DNA of 64,000 nucleotides from Planctomycetota bacterium. Its GTDB lineage: Bacteria; Planctomycetota; UBA8108; UBA1146. Numbering within the stretch: position 1 is the stretch's first letter; every line of letters begins with the position of its first letter. The stretch spans positions 9,359 through 73,358 of the forward strand of contig DQQH01000258.1 in the NCBI GenBank assembly GCA_015664425.1. Reading direction: 5' to 3'. Under the pieces are notes generated by a model. The model did no database searches. It had not been told where the DNA came from and was given only the letters and a program-made list of their open reading frames with translations. Positions 46,409 to 57,000 of this stretch are shown piece after piece. A program made the translations under genes and the position numbers.

Positions 46409-48664
46409 ATGACGACGCGCAGCCGCAAGCCTTCCAGAAACACCTCCAAGGGGAGTGAGAAGAGAAAAACCAGCAAGAAGCCGGTGGCCACGGGGAAGCG
46501 CAAGGGATCGGCGAGCCGCAGCAAATCTGCTTACCCTTCGAAAGCGAGCGGCAAGAAAACCAGCGCTGCTTCCAAGGCTGGTCTCGACCGGGATCAACTC
46601 CTGGCCATCTACCGCAACATGTTTCTCAGCAGGGAGATCGATGAGGAGGAGATCCGCCTCAAGGCGAAGGGGCAGATCTTCTTCCAGATCAACGGCTGCG
46701 GTCACGAGGCGGTGTGCACTGCAGCGGCGATGGCGTTACGGCCAGGCTACGACTGGTTCTTTCCCTACTATCGAGACCGGGCACTGGTTCTTCAGCTTGG
46801 CCTCACGCCGACCGAGATGTTCAAGACTGGGACTGCTGCCGCTGATGAACCTGCAGGGGCTGGTCGCCAGATGCCGAGCCACTGGGGGAGTGTAGCGCTC
46901 AACATCGTCAATCAATCGAGCTGTACCGGTAGTCAGGTCCTCCATGCAGTCGGTTGCGCAGAAGCCTGGAGCAAGGGGCACCAGATCCCCGAACTGCAGG
47001 AGAAGATCCGGGGCTGGAGGAAGGATGAGATCGCCTACGTTTCCATCGGAGATGGGGGTACCAGCGAGGGGGAGGTGTGGGAGGCGTTGAGTTCCGCCTG
47101 CATCTTGCGCTTGCCGGTTCTCTTCCTGGTCGAGGACAACGACTACGCCATCAGCGTACCCGTCGAGGTGAACACCCCTGGTGGGTCGATTTCGAACCTG
47201 CTCGAGGGGTACCACGGTCTCACCGTTCACGAGGTGGACGGCTGTGACCCGGTCGCCAGTTACCAGTTATTCAGTGAGGTGGTCGAGGGGCTTCGCTCCG
47301 GGGGTGGTCCGGTCCTCGTCCATGCCCATGTTGTCAGACCATACTCCCATTCCCTCTCCGATGATGAGCGCGCCTACCGAACCGAGAAGGAACGTCAGGA
47401 AGAATTCCGGAGGGATCCTCTCGCCTCCTTCCCGAAACGTCTCATCGAGGAAAAATACGCCACAGAGGAGGAACTCGAAGCGATCCGGGGGGAGGTTCGT
47501 GCGCAAGTGAGGGAGGCGAGCGAAGTGGCAGTGGTTGCCATCCAGCCCGATCCCAGCACAGTCCTGGAGAACATCTACTCCCCTGATTTCGACCCCACCG
47601 ATCGGTCCCTCGAGTCGGTGGCTGAACCTCGCGGGGAGGCTCAGCAGGCAACCATGGTGGACCTGATCAACTCCTGTCTGCGCGAGGAGATGCGGCGCGA
47701 TCCAGAGATCGTCATCTTCGGTGAGGATGTCGCTGATGCCAGCCGCGAAGACGCACTCGAAGAGTGCAAGGGCAAGGGGGGTGTCTTCAAGGTTACCCAT
47801 GGATTGCAAAGGGAGTTCGGCAACCACCGTGTTTACAACTCGCCGCTGGCGGAAGCCAATATCGTCGGTCGGGCGATAGGGATGGCATTGCGTGGAATGA
47901 AACCGGTGGTCGAGGTGCAGTTTCTCGATTACATCTGGCCCGCCTACCATCAGATTCGTTCGGAACTGGCCCTGATGAGGTGGCGATCGAATGGGGCTAA
48001 CAGTTGCCCGACGGTGATTCGAGTCGCATGTGGTGGGTACCTCAGAGGTGGCTCGATTTACCACAGCCAGTCTGCAGAGAGTCTCTTCACTCACATTCCC
48101 GGACTTCGAGTGGTGATGCCGTCGAATGCCGTCGATGCCAATGGGCTGTTGCGTACGGCGATCCGCTGCGACGATCCCGTCATATTCATGGAGCACAAGC
48201 ACCTCTACAGGCAGACCTACAACAAGGGGACAGACCCGGGTCCTGAATTCACCGTGCCCTTCGGCAAGGCGGCCACGGTCCGGCAAGGAGATGCCCTCAC
48301 CATCATCACCTATGGGGCCCTCGTCCAGCGTTCTCTCATCGCCGCCAAGGCGCTTGCAAAGGAGGGGATCGAGGTGGAGATTCTCGATCTCCGGTCCCTG
48401 TCTCCCTACGACTGGGAATCGATCGAGGAGAGTGTCTTGAGGACCAGCAAGGCGATCGTCGTCCATGAAGACTCGGTCTCGTGGGGATACGGTGCCGAAA
48501 TTGCTGCAAGAATTTCCGATGAACTCTTCGCACATTTGGACGCGCCCGTTCGCCGCCTGGGAGCACTCGATTGCTTCGTCGCATACGCCCCTGATCTCGA
48601 GGAGGCGATCCTCCCGCAATCACAGCAGGTACAGGAGGCTGTCAGGCAACTTGCCAGCTATTGA
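46409..48664 (+). CDS. Fused 2-oxo acid dehydrogenase E1 alpha-beta (TPP-dependent) with a basic low-complexity N-terminal extension
   Basis: Alpha part: ...GCGHEA...[18 protein letters not shown] (TPP motif). Beta part: ...GEDVAD...VFKVTHGL...PLAEANIVG. About 50-aa K/S/R-rich N-terminus. Confidence 0.8.
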   Translation: MTTRSRKPSRNTSKGSEKRKTSKKPVATGKRKGSASRSKSAYPSKASGKKTSAASKAGLDRDQLLAIYRNMFLSREIDEEEIRLKAKGQIFFQINGCGHEAVCTAAAMALRPGYDWFFPYYRDRALVLQLGLTPTEMFKTGTAAADEPAGAGRQMPSHWGSVALNIVNQSSCTGSQVLHAVGCAEAWSKGHQIPELQEKIRGWRKDEIAYVSIGDGGTSEGEVWEALSSACILRLPVLFLVEDNDYAISVPVEVNTPGGSISNLLEGYHGLTVHEVDGCDPVASYQLFSEVVEGLRSGGGPVLVHAHVVRPYSHSLSDDERAYRTEKERQEEFRRDPLASFPKRLIEEKYATEEELEAIRGEVRAQVREASEVAVVAIQPDPSTVLENIYSPDFDPTDRSLESVAEPRGEAQQATMVDLINSCLREEMRRDPEIVIFGEDVADASREDALEECKGKGGVFKVTHGLQREFGNHRVYNSPLAEANIVGRAIGMALRGMKPVVEVQFLDYIWPAYHQIRSELALMRWRSNGANSCPTVIRVACGGYLRGGSIYHSQSAESLFTHIPGLRVVMPSNAVDANGLLRTAIRCDDPVIFMEHKHLYRQTYNKGTDPGPEFTVPFGKAATVRQGDALTIITYGALVQRSLIAAKALAKEGIEVEILDLRSLSPYDWESIEESVLRTSKAIVVHEDSVSWGYGAEIAARISDELFAHLDAPVRRLGALDCFVAYAPDLEEAILPQSQQVQEAVRQLASY

Positions 48665-48787
48665 GGTGGCAGATCTTCCTCCGGGAACCGTTCTTCCTGC
48701 TGCTTCGTTCGTGTACTCTGGGGGAGGACCGCCGCTTACGGTCACCTCCCTGCGAGGCCCTGAAGCCGTTGAAAGTACAAGGAGAAG

Positions 48788-50845
48788 ATGGAAGAGAGAC
48801 CGAAAGACCACCACGACGGGGACAGCGAAGGCCCTCCTGAAGCACCCCGCTGGACCCAGCGCCCCTGGTTCTGGTTCATGGTTCTGTTGCTGCTCGTCAT
48901 GACAGTGATGAACTACATCGGCAGCGATATCGAGAGGTCCTCTTCTGAGGGAAATTTCACCCTCCTGGTCGAGCAGATCCGTAACGGAAACGTCGAGCAG
49001 ATCAAGGAACTGGAGTCGAGCTACTTCCTGGCGAAGTTGCGTCAGGAGATACAGATTCCCGTTCAGGGTGATTTCGACGGGGAGGAACTCATTTCAGCGA
49101 GTTCGATTCGGGTGGTGATCAAGGGAGACGCCCTGCTCGAGAAGATCTCGAATGCCTGCGATGAGAAGAATACCCCTCTCGAATTACGGAGCACTGCCAG
49201 CGAATTCTGGGCGGTGATCTTTGGCAGTCTCCTGCCGATCCTTATCCTTGTTCTCTTCTTCTGGTTCATTAGCAGCCGGGTCCGCAGGCAGATGGGGCCG
49301 GGGATCTTCGGGAAGTTCTCAGGGAACCGAGCGAAGAGATTCGACGCCGACGGGGATCTGGTCACCTTTGAAGAGGTTGCTGGATTGCGCAACGTCAAGA
49401 AGGAACTCCAGGAGATTGTTGACTTCCTCCGGACCCCGGAAAAATACACCCGATTGGGGGCGAAGATTCCCAAGGGGGTGTTGCTGATCGGACCACCGGG
49501 GACTGGGAAGACACTTCTCGCCCGGGCCGTTGCAGGAGAAGCGGGGGTTCCCTTCTTTTCCATATCGGGATCGGAGTTCATCGAACTGTTCGTTGGCGTC
49601 GGTGCCTCTCGAGTCAGAGAACTCTTCGAGGAGGCGAAGAAGAACGCTCCCTGCATTATCTTCATCGATGAGATCGATGCTGTTGGAAGGTCGAGAGGTG
49701 CGGGTCTCGGTGGCGGTCACGACGAACGTGAGCAGACTCTCAACCAGATACTTTCGGAGATGGATGGTTTCGAGACCCATCAGGCGGTGATCGTACTGGC
49801 GGCGACCAATCGCCCCGATGTCCTCGATGCTGCTCTTGTCAGACCTGGCCGATTCGACCGTCAAGTGGTTGTCGAACGCCCGCAAAAAGAGGGCCGCCGT
49901 GCGATTCTGAAGGTCCACACCCGCCAGATTCCTCTCCATGATGACGTCGACCTGGAAGCGGTTGCCAGGGGGACGATTGGATTCTCGGGGGCAGACCTCG
50001 AGAACCTTGCCAATGAAGCGGCGCTGAATGCAGCCCGAGAAAACAAGAACATCATCACCAAGGAAGATTTCGACACGGCGAAGGACAAGATTCTCCTCGG
50101 GACCCTTCGCGATGAGACTCTCAGCGAGAAGGAACGCAAACTCACCGCCTTCCACGAGGCGGGGCATGCGCTCCTCGCCATGCTTCTGCCAGGCGCTGAC
50201 CCTGTTCATTCAGTCACCATCGTCCCACGAGGGCGGGCGCTCGGGGTAACTCAGCAACTTCCAGCCGAGGAGATCCACAGTTATTCGCGGACCTATCTGA
50301 TGAATCGGATCGTAATTCTCCTCGGAGGCCGTGCTGCGGAGGAGATCGTCTTCAATGAGTCGACCACCGGTGCCGAGAACGATCTCGAGCAAGCAACGAA
50401 GCTGATCGAGCGGATGATCTGCCGCTGGGGCATGAGTGAGAAGGTCGGTCCCATCTCCTATCGCCGTGGGGAGGAGCAGGTCTTCCTCGGCCGGGAGATC
50501 GGCGAGGGGCGGCATCTCAGCGAGCAAACATCGAACCTGATCGATGAGGAGATTCGCGCTTTCATGGAGAAAGGGCACCAGGAGGCGCTGAAATTGCTGC
50601 GAGGGGAACGAGAGCGCCTCGACAAGCTGGCGAACGAGCTCCTCGAAAAAGAGGTCCTCACCGACAGGGAGATCTACCAACTCCTCGAGATCGAGTTGCC
50701 TCCATCTCTGGCAGAGGAAGAGGGGGAAGGGTCTCCATCAACAGAGGGTGGCAAATCCACGGAATCCTCGGCTGAAAAGGAGGTTGACCCCTCCGCTGCC
50801 GACGAGGGGCTCGATCCGGGCATGCTGGGCCTCGAGGGGGCATAG
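48788..50845 (+). CDS. ftsH: ATP-dependent zinc metalloprotease FtsH
   Basis: Two N-terminal TMs; Walker A GPPGTGKT; second region of homology; zinc motif HEAGHAL. Confidence 0.9.
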   Translation: MEERPKDHHDGDSEGPPEAPRWTQRPWFWFMVLLLLVMTVMNYIGSDIERSSSEGNFTLLVEQIRNGNVEQIKELESSYFLAKLRQEIQIPVQGDFDGEELISASSIRVVIKGDALLEKISNACDEKNTPLELRSTASEFWAVIFGSLLPILILVLFFWFISSRVRRQMGPGIFGKFSGNRAKRFDADGDLVTFEEVAGLRNVKKELQEIVDFLRTPEKYTRLGAKIPKGVLLIGPPGTGKTLLARAVAGEAGVPFFSISGSEFIELFVGVGASRVRELFEEAKKNAPCIIFIDEIDAVGRSRGAGLGGGHDEREQTLNQILSEMDGFETHQAVIVLAATNRPDVLDAALVRPGRFDRQVVVERPQKEGRRAILKVHTRQIPLHDDVDLEAVARGTIGFSGADLENLANEAALNAARENKNIITKEDFDTAKDKILLGTLRDETLSEKERKLTAFHEAGHALLAMLLPGADPVHSVTIVPRGRALGVTQQLPAEEIHSYSRTYLMNRIVILLGGRAAEEIVFNESTTGAENDLEQATKLIERMICRWGMSEKVGPISYRRGEEQVFLGREIGEGRHLSEQTSNLIDEEIRAFMEKGHQEALKLLRGERERLDKLANELLEKEVLTDREIYQLLEIELPPSLAEEEGEGSPSTEGGKSTESSAEKEVDPSAADEGLDPGMLGLEGA

Positions 50846-50847
50846 AG

Positions 50848-50870
50848 GGGAGACCCCCTTTTCATATGGG
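50848..50870 (+). terminator. Weak intrinsic terminator candidate after ftsH
   Basis: AGGGGAGACCCCCTTTTC directly after the stop codon; short stem. Confidence 0.3.
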
Positions 50871-51092
50871 CGCTCCTGTTGTCACAATGGCGGCGGGAGA
50901 GGCAGGGCCGTGGCGACGGTTGTTGCGGATCCGCCTCGGGGTGACATGATCGGCCGATTCTCACCTCTACCGGATGGCGAGCGACCACGATCTCACGTGG
51001 CCCCAAGCCGCCGAACCGGCTCGTTTTCCGAAGACGATCCGCCTTCACCGTCTCAACAACGAGATTCAGATTGCAGGCGTCGTTGCCTCGGG

Positions 51093-52718
51093 ATGATGAA
51101 ACTCGATGGACTCCTCCAACAAAGGGCCCTGGGAGAAGTCAACCCGACCGAGAGCATTTCTCTGCTCAGATGCCTCGACCGCCTCGGCACGGAGCCTGTC
51201 GATGGGTGGTCCTTGCTCCTCCCGGGAGGGGTTCATTCCCTGTTGCGTGGATTCGTTCGCCTGACCCATCTGCTCTCGAGCCTCCACGCAGGTGGGGTAC
51301 CGGTGGTCGCACTTCTCCCGCGAGCGGTCAGGGTTCGTTCGGGAGGTGAACTCGATCTTGACGCCGAACAGCTGGAGAGGGTGATTCCGAGGGACCTCGA
51401 TCAGGCGGCACCCTCCCTCGCGCCGGAGGTCCTTCTCGATCCTCGGGGGGGACATCTCGGAGAACCCCAGGCGGTCTATGCCGTCGCTGCGTTGCTCCAC
51501 CGTTGTCTCGCAGGAACTCCACCCTGGGGGGGACGGAATGCGGCGGAAGTCGCCGATCGAATTCTCACCGGGTCTCCACCCAGCGATTCCTTTTCCGCAG
51601 GCAATCTCCCCCCGGGCCTGGGCCCATTGCTCAGGGATGCGTTGCACCTCGACCCTGCTGCCCGACCGGCAACCCTGCGCGGCTTTGCATCGATGCTCGA
51701 ATCGGTGACGATGGGAGGTCGACCACGGGCGGAGGTCGCCCGTCGCCTGACGAACCAGCGCCAGCCCCACGCTCCCTGGGGTCCGATCCTGCTCGTGGCG
51801 GCGATCCTCATCTTCGCTCTGGCAGCCTTTCGCCGCTCATCTGTCGAGGATGAGATCCACCGGGTTGCCGACCGGCTGTGGTCGGTGATGGCTGTCCGGC
51901 CCCTGCCGATGCTGGGAGAAGATCCTCCGACCCATGCCCTGGCCGGAGTGGTTCTGCGCTCCGAAGAACACCATATCGGGGCTCTCGGCGATGATCCCCG
52001 CCTGCTCCTCTCTCTCGCCTGGGCGCAGATCAGGGCTGGGCACTACGAGAGCGCCGTCAGGAGCGCCCGACGTGTTCTCCTCTACGGCCCACGGGCTGCC
52101 GGAGCCTGGGTGACCATCGGAATCGCTCGCCTGGAGATGGGGGATGAGGGTGGGTTGATGGAGTTGAGGCGAGGTCTGGGCATGACCGCAGAGGGCGAGG
52201 AGCAGCGCTGGTTGCAGGTCGCGGGGCACTTCTACCTTCTCGAGTTCGATGCTGCTGCAGCGGGCTTCGAGCGCTGGACCCGCGACCACCCGAGGGACTT
52301 TTCCGGCTGGCTCCACCTTGCACTCTCGACCTATCGAGCGGGGAGGGTGGAGAGCGCCAGCAAGGCTCTGACCCAAGCGCAGCGCCTGCGTCCCCATGAC
52401 CCCTGGGTTGAGTGGTTGAGGGCGGAGATCCTCCTGGCCACCGGCGATGCGCCAGGGGCCATCCTGGTGGTCGATCGCAGCAAGACAGCCTGGGTCCGGC
52501 AACCCGCGCTTCTCCTGCGAGGTGGGGACCTCCTTCGCCGTCTCGGGGAGGAGGAGGGGGGAGAGGACTGGATTCAGCGTGCTATCGAGGAGTACGGAGA
52601 TCCCGAAGCAAGCCACTGGTTGGAGGAAAAAGCCTCGAAACCGCCGTTTTCTGCGCCCTCTCCCCCTCTCGAAGAAGTTCCTGAACATCCGGCGAATAGA
52701 AGCGTCTCGGATCCGTAG
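51093..52718 (+). CDS. Membrane-anchored TPR protein with N-terminal kinase C-lobe-like (pseudokinase) domain
   Basis: APEVLLDPRGG (APE motif), PPWGG, LLRDALHLDPAARPA (kinase C-lobe), but no Gly-rich loop, VAIK Lys or HRD Asp. One TM (ILLVAAILIFALAAF), then TPR-like repeats. Confidence 0.5.
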   Translation: MMKLDGLLQQRALGEVNPTESISLLRCLDRLGTEPVDGWSLLLPGGVHSLLRGFVRLTHLLSSLHAGGVPVVALLPRAVRVRSGGELDLDAEQLERVIPRDLDQAAPSLAPEVLLDPRGGHLGEPQAVYAVAALLHRCLAGTPPWGGRNAAEVADRILTGSPPSDSFSAGNLPPGLGPLLRDALHLDPAARPATLRGFASMLESVTMGGRPRAEVARRLTNQRQPHAPWGPILLVAAILIFALAAFRRSSVEDEIHRVADRLWSVMAVRPLPMLGEDPPTHALAGVVLRSEEHHIGALGDDPRLLLSLAWAQIRAGHYESAVRSARRVLLYGPRAAGAWVTIGIARLEMGDEGGLMELRRGLGMTAEGEEQRWLQVAGHFYLLEFDAAAAGFERWTRDHPRDFSGWLHLALSTYRAGRVESASKALTQAQRLRPHDPWVEWLRAEILLATGDAPGAILVVDRSKTAWVRQPALLLRGGDLLRRLGEEEGGEDWIQRAIEEYGDPEASHWLEEKASKPPFSAPSPPLEEVPEHPANRSVSDP

Positions 52719-52788
52719 GTTGAGTTGAGGGACGGGGACGACCGCGCGGCGTCCTGGACTGTCCCTCCTCGACAGAAAGGAAACCGAG

Positions 52789-53412
52789 ATGAAATTCCTG
52801 AGAACCCTGTTCCTTCTCGTTTCTGGTGGCCTGCTGGTCACCGCCCCGGGCACCGTCGAAGGCGCTCCTGGGAACTCGGCGGGGCGAGACAAAAAGGCCG
52901 CTGTGGAAAAGGTGTCCCTGTTGCGGAGCGTCAGGGGGGTGACTCCTCTGCGCACGACCGCTGTGACCCGGAACAAGCGGGCGGTGACCCCCCGGCGCGT
53001 GGTGACGAAGACGCGCTCCAAGAGGACCGTTGTTCCGCTCTCGACGAGGCATTTCCGAGGCAGTATCGATCGTGTTGGCACGGTTCGCTGCAGGCGTAAC
53101 AATCACGTACATGAGTTCCTGCAGGGTGTCAGATTCTTCAATCGTGGCCTCCAGTGCTTCCGAAGGCTCTCCTGCGGGCGGGTGGAGTTTTATCTGCCCG
53201 GCCACTACGAGATGGTTTCGCGGGAAATCATCGAGCCTGGTCGCTGGAAGTACCTGAATACCCGGGTTGCTTTGCCGGTATTCGGCTGTTTCCCGGGCCT
53301 TCTGCGGACACAGCGAAATAGGGTCTGGATCGCGCCGAGAATCCGTGTGGTGACCGAACGCTGCTGGGTTCCGGGAGCCTGGGTCGAAACCCACTCCCTC
53401 CATGTTTCCTGA
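52789..53412 (+). CDS. Small secreted basic protein (hypothetical), four Cys in the C-terminal half
   Basis: Signal peptide MKFLRTLFLLVSGGLLVTAPG; AAAGGAAACCGAG upstream of the ATG; followed by a clear terminator. Confidence 0.45.
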   Translation: MKFLRTLFLLVSGGLLVTAPGTVEGAPGNSAGRDKKAAVEKVSLLRSVRGVTPLRTTAVTRNKRAVTPRRVVTKTRSKRTVVPLSTRHFRGSIDRVGTVRCRRNNHVHEFLQGVRFFNRGLQCFRRLSCGRVEFYLPGHYEMVSREIIEPGRWKYLNTRVALPVFGCFPGLLRTQRNRVWIAPRIRVVTERCWVPGAWVETHSLHVS

Positions 53413-53416
53413 GAAG

Positions 53417-53457
53417 CTGGGGCCGTGTCTCCTGTGCGCGCGGCCCCAGCCCTTTTG
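53417..53457 (+). terminator. Rho-independent terminator
   Basis: CTGGGGCCG-(15 nt)-CGGCCCCAG followed by CCCTTTTG, 5 nt after the stop. Confidence 0.6.
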
Positions 53458-53761
53458 CAGAAGCCCTTGATCCAGATCATGGGATCTCATAGGCTGCCGA
53501 CGCAACGCGGGGCGCCAGGCCGAAGTACGCCGCCTGTCTGGGGTCTCGAAAGGGGAATGGGTCTCGGGTTCTCCGCACCTTGTTGTTCCACCTCGCCTCT
53601 CGTGGATCCGAAATCACCGAAAATCTGAATTCAGGCAGCGCCTCAGTTTTGCGTGTTGCCTCAAGTGGTGCATCCTGGCCAGGGGGGAATGGGGATGGCA
53701 GGAGACCCGATCTGGACCGCTCCCACCCCGTCCACAATTGAAATCAAGGAGCCAATGGCCT

Positions 53762-53858
53762 GTCCGTCCCTACGCTTTCCATGGGCAGGTTCCTCCATTT
53801 CCTCGTTTATTTCAGACCCAAACTCCTCCTCACCGAGTAGGGACGGTGAGGAGATTTT
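53762..53858 (+). promoter_or_regulatory. Candidate attenuator / riboswitch-like expression platform (mutually exclusive hairpins) in the leader of the large regulator gene
   Basis: Hairpin CTCCTCACCG-agtaggga-CGGTGAGGAG followed by ATTTTCG (terminator-like). Its loop and 3' arm (GTAGGGACGG) can alternatively pair with upstream CCGTCCCTAC. Confidence 0.3.
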
Positions 53859-54058
53859 CGTAGGCAATAGGGGCCGTTCGGCAGTCAGCTGGGGAGACCG
53901 TCCAGGCGCCCTCGGCGGCGTTACAACGCTCCCTCGCCTCAGGACAGCGCCTCTTCCGTAACCTCTCCCCTTCCCGCAACTTTTCTTTACACCCCCAATT
54001 GGCCGCGCTAGTATTACCGTCACGAATCAATACGGTTTATTGGAAGTGAGGAGGTTTC

Positions 54059-57000
54059 GTGGGGATGACCCGTGAGGAACCGATCGACATGACACCGCAG
54101 GATGCTGAGGATCGGGGCCTCTCACCCGACCGGAACGAGATCCTCGATGAACTCGAGGATCTGATCCGCTGCGCTCTCCTCGCCGAGAGAGGCCAGGGAA
54201 GCGGCGTTGCCCTTGTCCTGGTTCGTGGTGCCAGTGGCCAGGGGAAAAGCCGCCTCGTCGAGGACCTCCTCGAACGCCTCGGAGATGAACGTCCTCTCTT
54301 CCAGGAGGTGGAGTGTCACGAGCGCCAGGGGATTCCCTTCCTGCCGGTGCTCCGTTTGATCAAGAACCTCATCGTATCCAGTCTCGCCCCGCGGGAGTTG
54401 TGGAGAAAATACGCTCACGTTCTGACCCGGGTATTCCCTGAACTGGTGGAGCAACTCGGAGGAGCCATGCCCCCCGATCCTCTGCCCGGGGAGGATGGTC
54501 GGATCCAGTTCCATCAGGCTCTCACCAGTATCCTCCTCGAGTTGGCTGCGGAGAGACCGCTTCTACTGGCGATCCACGACATCCATCGCTGTGATCGGGG
54601 GACGATCGAGTTCATCACATTTCTCGCTCGCAACGTGTTCCTCTCGACCGGCGGCCAACGCTCCGAGGTCGATGCGTCCGCTGGTTCAGAGGAGGGTTCC
54701 CGGGAGTGGAAGCAAATTCACACCCGTGAAGGTCGCGATGGGAAATCGGTCTCGGAGTTCCTCGAATCGGATGAGGGCTCCACCTCCGAGGGGTCTCCGG
54801 GTGCCAGGATCCAGATCGTCGTCAATTACACCTCAAAGGACAGCGCTGCTCGCCTCGCCGGGGAAACGGACGAGGTCCTCGCCTCCCTCGGGCGCCTGGC
54901 AAAGGAGCCCTTCTCGCGGCATTTTGATCTGCCTCCCCTGATGCCTGGCGATCTGGCACAGATGGTCGAGACGGAGGTCGAAGCCCGCTGCGAGCCGGGA
55001 CAGATCGAGAGGGTGTACGAGGCCACCGGAGGCAACCCGCTGCGCGCCCTCGACCTCTGTCGTCTGGTGTCGGAGAGTGGCGGGAACTGGCGGCTTCTCG
55101 ACGACATCTTGCCGGCGATACTCCCGAAAGGAGCGAGTTCTGCTCAGGAGCAGCTGGGGCGTGGCGTCTTCATGAGGCGTCTTGCCTCCTTGCCTGCCCT
55201 ACAGGTGATGGTGCTTCGTTACCTGGCGCTTCTCCGTCGCCCCGCCGATGCCGTCTTCATCGGTGAGGCCTGTCAAAGTGACCCCCAGATCCTCGATGAA
55301 GCCTTGCTGGAACTGACCGATCGAGGGTTCATCCGCTCGCGTCAGGTTCGCAACCTGTCTCGCTTTCACATCGGACATGAGGACCATCTGCGCTGGATTC
55401 GCAGAGGGATCGAGCCCTCCGAAGCCCGACGCTTACAGGGAGATCTGGGACGGATTCTGGCGGAAGATCCACGCGCGAGTGAGCCGGTCAGATCGTTCGA
55501 GATCTACGAGCAGTTGCGGGCTGCAGGTCAACTCGAGGAGTGTAGGGGCCATGGGTTTTCGGCGTTCCGCTTCTTCTCCAGCGCTTACGCCGAGCACCTC
55601 GCAATCCGGGTTGGCCGTGAACTGATCGACTCCCTCGGGGCCGACGGTGATCCGGAGATGCGTCACGACGTGCTGATGGAACTCATCGAGCTGGAGATGG
55701 GGACCGGCCAGCAGGAACTTGCCAAGGCCCACGCCAAGTCCCTCATCGAGGATCCAGAACTGCCGGCTGGCCCGCGTCTCGAGGGGCTGCTCCTCCTCGC
55801 CGAGATTTACTGCCAGCTGGGTGAACCCCTCAAGGGGATCAAGGCCCTCAACCGAGTGCCACGGGAGACGGTGGCGACGGTGGGGGGGCTCTCCGAGGCG
55901 CGCATCACAACAAAGCGCGCACGTCTCCGCCTCGAGCGCCGGGATTTCAAGCGTGCGATCAGCCTCTGCCTGCGGGGCCTCAAGGAACTCGAAGGCACCG
56001 CTGAAGAGCCAGTTCATCTCTCATTGCGTGCCGATCTTCTCGAGTTCCTTTCCGAGGCGCACCTTCGTCGAGGAGAGACCGTCTCGGCCCTGAACCACTA
56101 CCAGTCCCTGCTCGAACTGGTCGAGGGGCTCGGAGATGATGTCCGCCTCTCCTCGGTGCTGAGGACCCTGAGCCGGGTCTACTACGATCGAGGAAATCAT
56201 TTCCGCTCCGCTCGATACCTCTTCCGTGCACTCGAGGTGATCGAGCGCACACGCGATTTCCGCGCTCTGGCCTCCACCTACGAACTCCTCGGCAAGGTCT
56301 ACCGGAATTCAGGCGATTTCCCTCGCAGCCTGGAACACTTCCGACTCAGCTTGCGCCTCCGGGAAAAGATTGGTGATGCGAAACTTCTGTCACCGACGCT
56401 CAATTCCATCGGCAGTCTGCATTCCCACAACGGTGATTACGCTCGTGCCATCCGCTATTTCAAGCGCAGCGTGACCAACAGCGAACGGTTCGGCAGCACC
56501 GATGGAATCGTCCGCTCCTTCCTCCATCTTGGCTGGGTCTTTCACGAGTTGGGCGAACGCAAGCAACTGGAGAGTCTTTGCCGACAGGTGCTGATTCTCT
56601 CCCAGGAGTTCGATCTCCTCGATCTGGAAGCAGAAGGCCACCGGCTCGCAGGAAGCCTCGCCTTCCTCAGGGGGGACTTGAAGAACTCCGAGAAGGAATT
56701 CCGGCGCTCCCTGGAAATCGCCCAGAAGAGAGGAATGACCAAACTCGCAGCTGCCAGCCACCTCGACCTGGCTGCCCTCGAGCAGAAGCGCGAGCGATAC
56801 GAAGCTGCCCTCAAACTGGTCAGCCGGGGAATACTCCAGGCTGAAGAGATCCAGTCGATCCCGTTCCAGGTCAGGGGATTGCTTCTCAAGGGAGAGATTT
56901 CCCGCCATCTCCGCGGTGGCAGCCCAGAACGGACCCGGGAGTGCTACGAGAAGGCGGTCACCCTGGTCTCCGGGGAGACGCTGATGCCGTTGCAGTGGTC

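Noticed and set aside
53653-53961. 102-aa ORF in the leader of the giant regulator
   Set aside because: Low-complexity Pro/Gly/Ser-rich product with no SD. It coincides with the region better explained by RNA secondary structure.
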